A stretch of 64,000 bases of DNA from Thermomicrobiales bacterium (GTDB taxonomy: Bacteria; Chloroflexota; Chloroflexia; Thermomicrobiales; CFX8): assembly GCA_041751795.1 (NCBI GenBank), contig JBGSWU010000181.1, forward strand, positions 4,835-68,834, given 5' to 3'. The notes below the pieces were generated by a model. It worked only from the letters and a program-made list of their open reading frames with translations, was not told where the DNA came from and made no database searches. Made by a program: the position numbers and the translations under genes. Every line of letters begins with the position of its first letter. The stretch's first letter is position 1. Below are positions 17,370 through 26,358 of this stretch, piece after piece.

Positions 17370-18065
17370 GTGTCGCCCATGCAAGGTAGCCTTTCCGAAT
17401 TCACGCTCGCGCAACTCCTGCAATTCTTCGCGCTCGCTGAGCGATCGGGAACGGTTGTCGTTCGCGCCGATGGCCGTGAGTCGCGCTTGCTCGTCGAAGG
17501 AGATCGAATCATCGGCTGGGGCATGGATGACTTCGACGTTCGTGAACCGCTGTTGTCCTGTGAGATGATTTCCTCTCCGGCGAAACAATCGATCGACGAG
17601 TTGCTGCCTCGCGCCGACACCCCGGGACTCTCGTTCATCGTACGCAATCTCGTCGAACCCCAACGCTGGGAAGCGTTCGCGCACCGGCAGCTCGAGCAGG
17701 ACATCTACCCCCTGCTGAGCGTTGAAGAAGGTGATTTCGAGATTCAGATTCTTCGAAATCCGCCCGCCCCGCTGCGAGTCTCAATTCCAATCAACTCGAT
17801 GATTCTCGACGGCTCACGCTGGGAATCTGAGATGGAAGCCGCTGCGCTGGAAGGCTACGATCTCGATGGTGTCTGGCGTCGAACACCGGGAATGGTGCCG
17901 CCCGAGCCAGTTCGCTTCTCAGGACTCGAGTGGCTTGTCTGGGCGATCCTGACGGAACCGATGAAGATCGGAGACATCGCCCGGCGGCTTTGCATCCCCG
18001 ATCTCGAGACGATCGGCGTCATCAGACGACTGCAATCAGTTGGCGTGATCGAAGAGGCCGACTGA
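17370..18065 (+). CDS. DUF4388-like domain protein with a possible C-terminal winged-helix segment
   Basis: The N-terminal GSLSEFTLAQLLQFFALAERSGTVVV pattern is typical of DUF4388. C-terminal IGDIARRLCIPDLETIGVIRRLQSVGVI looks HTH-like. Function unknown. Confidence 0.6.
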   Translation: MSPMQGSLSEFTLAQLLQFFALAERSGTVVVRADGRESRLLVEGDRIIGWGMDDFDVREPLLSCEMISSPAKQSIDELLPRADTPGLSFIVRNLVEPQRWEAFAHRQLEQDIYPLLSVEEGDFEIQILRNPPAPLRVSIPINSMILDGSRWESEMEAAALEGYDLDGVWRRTPGMVPPEPVRFSGLEWLVWAILTEPMKIGDIARRLCIPDLETIGVIRRLQSVGVIEEAD

Positions 18066-18725
18066 CGTTCCCACGAGTTCGGTCAATACGCTTCCGACGA
18101 TGCCGTTCGCAAGCATCACCGGCTTGTTCGTTGCCGATCGAGCATCTAGCAGCATCTGACGGCTGAAACCCATGCAATCGAGAACGACCGCATCTGCACC
18201 GGTCTCAACGAGCCGACGGACTTCCTGAGCCACTGACTCAGAAGCCGTGCAGGGAGATGCGTCTGCCGTCACCGCGTTTCTTTCGTCCGTGGACCATTTC
18301 TGCACCATTCCTGCTTGTTGACCTTGATGTGGCATCAAGACGCCAAGTGTCCCCGCCGGAAGCAGTGCTTCGATCAGGTGAACGTTTACCCTGTCGGGGT
18401 AGACAATCATCCCAGTCTCACCAAGCTCAGGAAACTCTCCGGTACTTAAGACGCATATCATCGAACATCCGGCGTCCTCCAGGCCCGATATGGCCCGGCG
18501 CAGGTGCGGCAGCATTTTCTACTTCCCGATCACCACCTCTGAGCCATCTCGGCGACGAGTGACGAGCGGTTGATCTCCAGGTTCTGGATAGAGTTCAGCG
18601 ATCTCACTGAAATCAAGTTCATCCAGGGCGCCAGCTTCGATGACGGAAGCAGGAACAGAATCACCAAACATGGACACTACGACGTCTTCTCGCGGCGATT
18701 GTCCAATTGTGACGAGACTGATCAT
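18036..18725 (-). pseudogene. aroM: AroM-family (DUF1355) gene interrupted by an in-frame TAG
   Basis: Track ORFs 18519..18812 and 18036..18515 are in the same frame, separated by TAG (18521..18519), AAA, then ATG (18515). Joined from ATG 18725 (SD AGAGGG 5 nt upstream) they give about 229 codons, matching full-length AroM (about 225 aa). N-terminus MISLVTIGQSPRED, and C-terminal DAVVLDCMGF...VMLANGIVGSVLTELV. Confidence 0.6.
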
Positions 18726-18917
18726 ACATGCCCTCTTTTCTGAACCATCCTCGAGGAGTGTCGAGACGGAAACCACGTCTGTTATACTCGCAAGAGCGAT
18801 AATTGGACTCAACCGAGGCCCGAGTTCATCGATCTAAGGGCATTAGGTCAACCAGCACGGACCGCCCTGGCCGCTGCATGCGAGTCGGCCTGCGAGTCAG
18901 ATGATGGGAAGTATTTC

Positions 18918-19994
18918 GTGCCGACCCCACCGGGTCGAAGTCTTGATGATCTGGCCAAAGCAGCGGCTAAAGCGACTCAGGCGTTCGAAAATCGCCTTGC
19001 AACGCTGGCAGCGACTGCCGAGCATATCAAGCTCGACCTAGACGCAACTCGCGCTCAGATTCAACGCGACCGCGAAGAGATGGATATCGAGTATTCACTC
19101 GATTCCGGCTCATCGTATGTCATCGAATCCCCCGACACCGGAGAATTGCGCGAGCAGGAGCGGCTGTACACACGGGAAACCATTCGTGCCGCAGCACTCC
19201 AACGTCAACTCAGTGAATTCACGACACTCATTTCGGTGACCTCACGACAACTTGGCTCAGACGGCGATGTTCCGGGAGTCGATGCTCAGACTCAAGCAGC
19301 AATCCGGTCGGCTGGCGTCGAAGCGCAGGAAAGCGAACGACACCGACTCGCCCGAGAAATCCACGACGGACCGGCTCAGGCGCTCGCGAACGCGATTATC
19401 GCGCTGGAGTTTGTCGAACGAGCGATTCGGGCAGGCGGTGAGGGTTCGACAGCGCGAGCGCAGGAAGAAGTCGAGCGAATTAAGTCGACGCTGCGCGAAG
19501 GTCTGACAGAAATTCGTCGCTTCATTTTCGACCTTCGTCCGACTATGCTGCAGGACCGCGGCCTGGTCGCGACGGTCGAGCATTACATAGCAACGTATCA
19601 GTCGCTCTTCCCGATGGCAATTGAATTTGTTTCGACCGACGATGTGTCTCGCTTGAGTGTCGATCAGGAATTGACAGCTTTCCGCGTCATCCAGGAGTCG
19701 ATTCAGAACGCGCGCAAGCATGCGCGAGCCAATCGAGTCACCGTCGGTGTTCAAACAGAAGAACAATCACTTGTGGTAACGATTGAAGACAACGGTCGGG
19801 GATTTTCTCCTGAACGTGTGACAAGCCACATGATGGGTGGCGCTGGGCTGCGAGGAATGCGGGAGCGTGCAGCACTCGTCGGCGGAGAAATCGTCATCAA
19901 CAGCGCGCCCGGAGAGGGCACTCGCATCGAGTTAGTGCTGCCATTGTCTGGAACAGATGCCAGCGGCAGCGCATTCGCCGACGAGATTGCATGA
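18918..19994 (+). CDS. Cytoplasmic sensor histidine kinase, HisKA_3/NarL-type (DegS-like)
   Basis: 358 aa with no TM segment. Coiled-coil N-terminus, H-box ERHRLAREIHDGPAQALANAI, and HATPase_c motifs (NARKHA, DNGRGF, GLRGMRERAALVGG). Confidence 0.85.
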   Translation: MPTPPGRSLDDLAKAAAKATQAFENRLATLAATAEHIKLDLDATRAQIQRDREEMDIEYSLDSGSSYVIESPDTGELREQERLYTRETIRAAALQRQLSEFTTLISVTSRQLGSDGDVPGVDAQTQAAIRSAGVEAQESERHRLAREIHDGPAQALANAIIALEFVERAIRAGGEGSTARAQEEVERIKSTLREGLTEIRRFIFDLRPTMLQDRGLVATVEHYIATYQSLFPMAIEFVSTDDVSRLSVDQELTAFRVIQESIQNARKHARANRVTVGVQTEEQSLVVTIEDNGRGFSPERVTSHMMGGAGLRGMRERAALVGGEIVINSAPGEGTRIELVLPLSGTDASGSAFADEIA

Positions 19995-20091
19995 CATTAT
20001 CCCGTTCAGACACGAATCGAATCAGTACGACAGTACGTTGGAACCGCTCTAAACTCCGGGTATGCTACCGATCGAAAGACAGGTAGGACAA

Positions 20092-20814
20092 ATGCATCCA
20101 TTGCAACGTGTTCAAATTCTAATCGTCGACGATCACCCACTGTTTCGGCGGGGGATTCGCTGGAGTTTGGAAAGCGAGTCCGACCTCGTTGTTTCCGGCG
20201 AAGCAGCAGATGGCCATGAAGCATTGTCGATGGCAGACCGAATCAGCCCTGATATCGTGCTGCTCGATATCAACCTGCCGGGGATGAGTGGGATTGAGGT
20301 CGCACGTCTGCTCAAGCGCCGCCATCCACGTTTGGGCATCGTCATTCTGACGATGCACGAAGATGACGAACAGTTGTTCAATGCCATTCGCGTCGGTGCA
20401 GCGGCGTACTGCACGAAGGATGTCGATCCATCGCTCATCGTGGGAATCATTCGTCGCGTCGCTCGGGGTGAGTACCTCATCAACGAAAATGTGCTTTCAC
20501 ACCCGTTCGTCGCATCGCGTGTCCTCGATCAGTTCCGCGAACTTGCTCGAATGGACCAGGAATCCGACTCGGTCTTCTCACCGCTCACGCCCCGGGAAGT
20601 TGAGATCCTTGATTGCGTGGCACGCGGTAACAGCAACAAGGAGATTGCCGTCTTCCTCGGAATTTCGGATCAGACAGTGAAGAATCACATCACGCCGATC
20701 TTGAGAAAACTACAGGTGAACGACCGCACGCAGGCAGTGATTTACGCCCTGCGACATGGATGGATCAAACTTGAAGGCGACGAGGCTCAGGCGGGATCGA
20801 CGCCCCGGCCTTAA
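20092..20814 (+). CDS. Response regulator, LuxR/NarL family (DegU-like)
   Basis: Receiver domain (ILIVDDHPLFRRGI...VLLDINLPGMSG) plus LuxR HTH (LTPREVEILDCVARGNSNKEIAVFLGISDQTVKNH). Start moved to ATG 20092. Confidence 0.85.
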   Translation: MHPLQRVQILIVDDHPLFRRGIRWSLESESDLVVSGEAADGHEALSMADRISPDIVLLDINLPGMSGIEVARLLKRRHPRLGIVILTMHEDDEQLFNAIRVGAAAYCTKDVDPSLIVGIIRRVARGEYLINENVLSHPFVASRVLDQFRELARMDQESDSVFSPLTPREVEILDCVARGNSNKEIAVFLGISDQTVKNHITPILRKLQVNDRTQAVIYALRHGWIKLEGDEAQAGSTPRP

Positions 20815-20923
20815 CCCGTCGCACGCCCATGCTTGATCTTCATCCGGGAGATGCAGGGTCCGGAGTGTTTCTCGGGAGCATGCTCAACCAGATCGCTGAT
20901 TCGATCAGTCTGCCGAAGGTCGA

Positions 20924-22663
20924 TCAACGGCGCGAAAACTGCCGTTCGAGTTCGTCAGCCGTCATCCTGAGCATTGTTGGGCGGCCATGCCCACAGGCAA
21001 GCGGCGACGAGCACTGTTCGAGCTGAGTTACCAGTTCACGCATTTCCAGCAGCGACAGCGCCTGTCCGGCGCGAATCGAGGTGTGACAGGCGGCACTGAT
21101 CGCCAGTGACTCCAGCCGCGTCGTTCCGCGCCCTCCTCCGGCCATCTCGTCAACCATCATCTGAAACACCTTGCCAGGCTCTCGGATCTTCAACACGGCT
21201 GGGACGGCTCGAATGAGGACCGTCGAACCGCCAAATTCATCAATTTCGAATCCAACTGACATCAGTTCATCCCTGCACGTGACGTAGGTCTCCCATTCAC
21301 GAGCGGAAAGCGTAACTTGAAGCGGTTGTAGCATCATCTGCTTGTCCGATGACCGAGTTTCGAATCCAGGCATAAGGGACTCAAAGAGGATTCTCTCGTG
21401 AGCCGCGTGCTGATCGATGAGATACATCCCGTCTGGCCCCTCAGCAACGATGAACATCGACGCTATCTGCCCGAGAACCCGCAGTACAGGCAACGACTTA
21501 CCACCGACGAGTGGTGTCGATCCATCCTCTCTCGACGGCGGCGATTCCGGGCTACCGACTCGTTCGGGAAGCACAGAAGGCTGTTCAGGATGCGCGAGCG
21601 ACAGTCTCCGCTGGATCGTCCAGTCGTCCAGCGGAGACGAGACAATTGTCGGAATCGATGGGGGTGCCGCACGACCGATGATTGCTTCACGGGTAGAACG
21701 TTGCACCATCGAGAACACGAGCCGGTCGTCAGCGAATCGAACCTCGGCCTTCGTGGGATGAACGTTGACGTCGATCCGATCAGCAGGGACGTCGATCTGG
21801 ATACAACCGATCGGGTGCCGCCCCACCATCAACAACGTGTGATAGGCCTGTTCAAACGCCGTCGCCAGTTGGCGGGATGTAATCAATCGTCCCTGAGCGA
21901 ACAGAAACTGCTGCTGGCGCGTCGCGCGATCGAGATCCGGAGTCGATACGACACCACTGATTGCAAATCCTTCGGCAAGATCTTCGGGTTGCTGCAAAGG
22001 CACGAGTTCACCTGCGACTTCGGATCCCCAGATCGAGACAGCCGCGCCAATCGCGTCGCCATTTCCGTCGGTCGACAGCACGCGCCGTCCGTCGATATCA
22101 AGTGAGAATGCGATGAATGGGTAGGCGAGTGCATATCCACCGACCATTCGCGCGACGTAGTTGGCCTCTGTCTGTGGCTGGCGCAGAAATTTTCGCCTGG
22201 CGGGCAGGTTGGCGAACAGATCGCGCGCTGTGACCGCAGTGCCGCCACCCCAGCCTATGTGGCTGGTCTGCTGCGCGTCTCCAAATGCAACGCGCAGTTG
22301 ACCGCCGGATTCTGCTCCTGCGACGATCGATCGTATTCTCAAGTCCGAAACGGTGGCTAGTGAGGCGAGTGCCTCACCACGGAAGCCGAGCGTCGTAAGT
22401 GCCTTCAGGTCCTCGATCGACGTGATCTTCGATGTCGCATGAGGCTCAATCGCGAGAGCAAGATCGGCGAATGCGATCCCCTTTCCGTTGTCTCGAACTT
22501 CGAGCGCGTCAACGCCGCCGCCAGAGATAGCGACATCGATCCGTCGAGCTCCAGCGTCGATCGCATTCTCGACGAGTTCCTTAACAGCAGCAGCGGGCCG
22601 TTCGATCACTTCCCCCGCGGCGATTTTTCCAACGGTGTCCTGCGTCAGGCGATGAATGTTCAT
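20924..22663 (-). CDS. mutL: DNA mismatch repair protein MutL
   Basis: 579 aa. N-terminal GHKL ATPase motifs (IAAGEVIERPAAAVKELVENAIDAG, DNGKGI, TLGFRGEAL) and a C-terminal dimerisation domain with ACHTSIRAG. Confidence 0.95.
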   Translation of the reverse strand: MNIHRLTQDTVGKIAAGEVIERPAAAVKELVENAIDAGARRIDVAISGGGVDALEVRDNGKGIAFADLALAIEPHATSKITSIEDLKALTTLGFRGEALASLATVSDLRIRSIVAGAESGGQLRVAFGDAQQTSHIGWGGGTAVTARDLFANLPARRKFLRQPQTEANYVARMVGGYALAYPFIAFSLDIDGRRVLSTDGNGDAIGAAVSIWGSEVAGELVPLQQPEDLAEGFAISGVVSTPDLDRATRQQQFLFAQGRLITSRQLATAFEQAYHTLLMVGRHPIGCIQIDVPADRIDVNVHPTKAEVRFADDRLVFSMVQRSTREAIIGRAAPPSIPTIVSSPLDDWTIQRRLSLAHPEQPSVLPERVGSPESPPSREDGSTPLVGGKSLPVLRVLGQIASMFIVAEGPDGMYLIDQHAAHERILFESLMPGFETRSSDKQMMLQPLQVTLSAREWETYVTCRDELMSVGFEIDEFGGSTVLIRAVPAVLKIREPGKVFQMMVDEMAGGGRGTTRLESLAISAACHTSIRAGQALSLLEMRELVTQLEQCSSPLACGHGRPTMLRMTADELERQFSRR

Positions 22664-23187
22664 TCACGCGCCTCCTGACTAGCATTTCCGACGAACCTCC
22701 ACAGCGCGTCTATGCCACGAGTGATCCCGATTCGTGGCGTCTCATCAATAAATAATGCTTTCCGATGTTGTGTAATCCGAAATCGAGTGCCGTAGACATC
22801 GGCTCCATGGTCATCACCGGTGATACCCATCGCCTTCGCCACACGCCCTGGCCCGCTGGTTGGCCGAAGATCGCCGCTCAACCAGACTCCACGGATCAGA
22901 ACCGCGGCCGCTTTCCCCTCGACGCCGGTGACGATGTTGAAGCACGGATACATCCCATATGCTGCATACACGTAAACTCGCCCTGGTGTATCGAACATCA
23001 TCGCGGCGCGCCCCCCTGGGCGAAACGCCGCATGGGATGCAGGATCATCCGATCCGCCATACGCTTCCGTCTCGACGATTAGTCCCGAGCGCTGGTCTTC
23101 CGGACCAATGACAACCAGCGTTCGACCGATGAGATCGCGTGCAATCGACGCGACCTCACCGGCGAAGTACTCACAGTCCAGGTACAT
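22660..23187 (-). CDS. mpg: DNA-3-methyladenine glycosylase (Mpg/AAG family)
   Basis: ARDLIGRTLV, IVETEAYGG.DDPASHA and YGMYPCFNIV motifs. The start is placed at ATG 23187, 5 nt after the valS stop. The upstream part of the track ORF overlaps valS. The stop overlaps the mutL start (ATGA). Confidence 0.85.
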   Translation of the reverse strand: MYLDCEYFAGEVASIARDLIGRTLVVIGPEDQRSGLIVETEAYGGSDDPASHAAFRPGGRAAMMFDTPGRVYVYAAYGMYPCFNIVTGVEGKAAAVLIRGVWLSGDLRPTSGPGRVAKAMGITGDDHGADVYGTRFRITQHRKALFIDETPRIGITRGIDALWRFVGNASQEARE

Positions 23188-23191
23188 GATC

Positions 23192-25870
23192 TCAGTCAAG
23201 ATCGGCCAGGCGAGCTTGCAGGAGCGAGCGCCGATCCTGTGCCGCCGCGAGCTTCGTCCTATGACCTTCAACAACCTGAGCCGGAGCACGTGCGACAAAC
23301 TGTTCGTTGGCGAGCATCGCGTTTGCGCGGCTGATTTCAGCGTCCGCAAGTTCGACCTCGCGCGAGATTCGCCCGCGCTCGGCTTCGACATCGATCATTC
23401 CGGCCAGTGGCAGGAAGATCGATGCTGTGCCCGTCAAAATCGAGACACTTCCGTCCTGAGCTTCAGGTTCGCCAGACCTGAGTTCAAGCAGATCGCCGTC
23501 GAGTCGGGCGAGAGACACGAGTTCAGATCGAAGCGATTCATAGACAGCACTCGCGCTCCCAGCGTAGACAATCGCCGGGATGCGTCGAGCCATCTCAACG
23601 CCCTGTTCTGCTCGAGCATTTCGAATAAGGCGGACGGCCTCCATCATCGCCTGGAAGCCTTTGGTCTGCTCCGAGAACTCCGGCCCCGGTTCGGGCCACG
23701 ATGCAACGATCAGCGCGTCGCCCGGATGCGGGAGATGCTGCCACAATTCTTCAGTGACGAACGGCATGAATGGATGGAGAAGACGAATCGACCGTTCAAG
23801 CACGTACGCCAGGGTTTGCGACACGACTGGATCAGGTGTGTCAGCGTACAACCGCACTTTCGCTGCCTCGATGTACCAGTCACAGAACTCCGACCAAATG
23901 AACTCATACAGCGTCCGCCCAGCCTCATGTAGCTGATACTCATCGACCAGCCGGGTGACTTCTCCGATCGTGGCGTGTAGCCGGCTGATGATCCAGGCAT
24001 CCGCAACGGCCAGCGTCGCGGCATGGGGCATGATCGGTGCACCGTCAGCGTCGATATGAATGTCGGCACCATCGATCGCCCGAAGTGCGAACTTGGTCGC
24101 GTTGAAGATCTTGTTCGCAAAGTTACGGGCTGCCTCGACCCGTTCAGTTGACATCTTCAAATCGTTCCCGGGGCCAGATGCCGTGATCAATGCGAAGCGC
24201 AACGCGTCTGTTCCGTATTCAGCCGTAATCGTTGTCGGATCGAGGACGTTGCCCTTCGTCTTGCTCATCCGCTGACCATGTGCATCTCGGACGGTGCCGT
24301 GCAGGTAGACATCCTTAAATGGAACCTCTCCCATGAACTCGATGCCCAGGAAGATCATTCGCGACACCCAGTGAAAGATGATGTCATACCCGGTCTCCAT
24401 CAAATGGCCCGGATAGAACCGCTCCAAATCCGGCGTCTTCTCGGGCCACCCGAGGGTCGAGAATGGCCACAACCCGGACGAGAACCATGTGTCTAGCACA
24501 TCAGGATCCTGACGGATGTTCGTCGACCCACACGCCAAACAGGTAGAAATGACCTCCTCGGACGTCGCGGTGACGTCGCCGCAGTCGTCGCAGTACCAGA
24601 TAGGAATTCGATGTCCCCACCATAACTGACGCGAGATGCACCAGTCGTGGACGTTTTCCATCCAGTTCAGGTACGTGGTGGTGAATCGCTCAGGAACGAA
24701 TCGGACAGTGCCGTCACGAGCGACGTCGATCGCAGGTGCAGCCAGCGGTTGCATGTTGACAAACCACTGCTTCGATATCATCGGCTCGACCACCGTACCG
24801 CAACGGTCACAGTGTCCGACCGAATGCGTGTGAGGTTCCGTTCGCACAAGTGCGCCGTCGTCATCGAGTCGCTTGACGACGTTGCGGCGCGCCTCCTCGA
24901 TCGTCTGACTTTCGAATGGCCCGGCCTCCGCATTCATTGTTCCATCGAGATTCATAACGGTGATGGCCGGGAGATTCGCTCGCCTGCCAATTTCAAAGTC
25001 GTTGGGGTCGTGAGCCGGAGTCACCTTGACGGCCCCGCTTCCGAACTCAGGATCGACTATGTCGTCCGTCACGATCGGAATACGGCGACCGAGAATCGGC
25101 AGTACCACCTCCTTGCCGATCAGGTGAGCGTAGCGCTCGTCTTCTGGATGGACGGCAACACCGGTGTCCCCTAGCATCGTTTCTGGCCGCGTTGTCGCGA
25201 CATCGACCGCGCCGCTACCATCTGCCAACGGGTACCGTAGATGCCAAAGAAACGATTGTTCGTCATCATGAACGACTTCGAGATCGGATAGCGCCGTCAT
25301 ACACCTTGGGCACCAGGAGATCATCCGTTCGCCGCGGTAGATCAACCCTTTGTCATACAGGTGCTTAAACGCGACTCGAACGGCGTGCGCTGGGCCAGGA
25401 TCCATCGTGAAGACGTAGCGCGACCAGTCGCAGGATGCACCCAGCGAGCGCAACTGACCCTTGATCCGCTCCTGGTACGTTTCCATCCAGTCCCAGATGC
25501 GATTAACGAATGCGTCTCGCCCCAAATCCTGGCGGGTCTTACCTTCGCGTGCGAGTTCCTTTTCCACAACCCACTGACCGGCGATTCCGGCATGGTCGGC
25601 ACCCGGCAGCCAGAGTGCAGCAAAGCCCTGCATGCGTTTGTAGCGGGTCATGATGTCTTCGACGGCGGTGAACAGCGCATGACCCATATGCAACTCGCCG
25701 GTCACATTTGGCGGCGGCATGACGATCACATAGGGACCGCGCCCGCGATCGACGGCTTTGAAATGCCCGCCTGACTGCCAGAAGTCGTACCAGTGTTGCT
25801 CAGACGCGGCTGGCTCGTACGCCCTACCCAGTTCGCGCGCGTGGTTGCTCGATGGTGGTCTGGCTGCCAT
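23192..25870 (-). CDS. valS: Valyl-tRNA synthetase
   Basis: 892 aa. Class I HIGH (PNVTGELHMGHA) and KMSKS (RMSKTKGN) motifs, an editing domain, and a C-terminal coiled coil. Confidence 0.97.
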   Translation of the reverse strand: MAARPPSSNHARELGRAYEPAASEQHWYDFWQSGGHFKAVDRGRGPYVIVMPPPNVTGELHMGHALFTAVEDIMTRYKRMQGFAALWLPGADHAGIAGQWVVEKELAREGKTRQDLGRDAFVNRIWDWMETYQERIKGQLRSLGASCDWSRYVFTMDPGPAHAVRVAFKHLYDKGLIYRGERMISWCPRCMTALSDLEVVHDDEQSFLWHLRYPLADGSGAVDVATTRPETMLGDTGVAVHPEDERYAHLIGKEVVLPILGRRIPIVTDDIVDPEFGSGAVKVTPAHDPNDFEIGRRANLPAITVMNLDGTMNAEAGPFESQTIEEARRNVVKRLDDDGALVRTEPHTHSVGHCDRCGTVVEPMISKQWFVNMQPLAAPAIDVARDGTVRFVPERFTTTYLNWMENVHDWCISRQLWWGHRIPIWYCDDCGDVTATSEEVISTCLACGSTNIRQDPDVLDTWFSSGLWPFSTLGWPEKTPDLERFYPGHLMETGYDIIFHWVSRMIFLGIEFMGEVPFKDVYLHGTVRDAHGQRMSKTKGNVLDPTTITAEYGTDALRFALITASGPGNDLKMSTERVEAARNFANKIFNATKFALRAIDGADIHIDADGAPIMPHAATLAVADAWIISRLHATIGEVTRLVDEYQLHEAGRTLYEFIWSEFCDWYIEAAKVRLYADTPDPVVSQTLAYVLERSIRLLHPFMPFVTEELWQHLPHPGDALIVASWPEPGPEFSEQTKGFQAMMEAVRLIRNARAEQGVEMARRIPAIVYAGSASAVYESLRSELVSLARLDGDLLELRSGEPEAQDGSVSILTGTASIFLPLAGMIDVEAERGRISREVELADAEISRANAMLANEQFVARAPAQVVEGHRTKLAAAQDRRSLLQARLADLD

Positions 25871-25933
25871 TGACGATCTCCTCTTGCGACACAGATCTGC
25901 TTGTCGTCAGGTTTAGCGGGTTGATGAAACGAC

Positions 25934-26151
25934 AAAACCCGTCCTGACAAGGACGGGCTAACCCGCGGTACCACCTCGATTCGACGGCGATTGCCGTCGC
26001 TCTCAATCGCAATAACGGGCGAACCCGCGGGTACTTACCTCGTCGTTCAGTACCCGGCCCTCCGGACGACTTCCGCCGTGCTGACGGATCGAGGCTTTCA
26101 ATCGATGACCCCGACTTCCTGTCCGTTGCGAACGGCCTACTCCTTCCGGAG
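25934..26151 (-). promoter_or_regulatory. T-box riboswitch leader, Val specifier (GUC), with terminator
   Basis: On the minus strand, the Stem I base CTCCGGA (26151..26145) pairs with TCCGGAG. It is preceded by a specifier-loop GAA-GUC-G (GUC at 26070..26068). AGGAGUA GA-motif follows the 5' strand. The canonical T-box sequence GGUGGUACCGCG is at 25975..25964. A terminator CCCGTCC-TTGTCA-GGACGGG-TTTT is at 25957..25934, 63 nt before the valS ATG. Confidence 0.8.
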
Positions 26152-26171
26152 ATTGGCAATCTCAGCGTATA

Positions 26172-26200
26172 ATTGTAGGTCGTGCCGGGCGGCGCGTCAA
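26172..26200 (-). promoter_or_regulatory. Sigma-70 promoter for the valS T-box leader (TTGACG-17-TACAAT)
   Basis: Minus strand: TTGACG (26200..26195), a 17-nt spacer, then TACAAT (26177..26172), about 20 nt upstream of the Stem I base. Confidence 0.55.
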
Positions 26201-26284
26201 TCGCCGGAGGTAGGCAAAATGCAATTGACTGTAAGTCACGGCAGGGGCTGTCGAATCTGCCAATCGGCTGCTACAATCTCCATG

Positions 26285-26298
26285 CGAATAGATGTTCT
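26285..26298 (+). promoter_or_regulatory. Candidate Cheo-type LexA (SOS) box at the uvrA promoter
   Basis: CGAATAGATGTTCT matches GAAC-N4-GTTC with one mismatch (GAAT). It lies 8 nt downstream of a TACAAT hexamer (26272..26277) and about 60 nt upstream of the uvrA start. Confidence 0.3.
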
Positions 26299-26358
26299 AC
26301 GTACGGACACTTACGTCTACCTGCTGCTAGACCGACCGATGTAATGACCGGAGACGAG

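Noticed and set aside
26168-26173. Plus-strand TATAAT as the uvrA promoter -10.
   Set aside because: No acceptable -35 lies at 16-18 nt (TCCGGA or TTCCGG). The hexamer is largely the reverse complement of the sequence around the well-formed minus-strand valS promoter. A downstream TACAAT (26272) is closer to uvrA and adjoins the LexA-box candidate.
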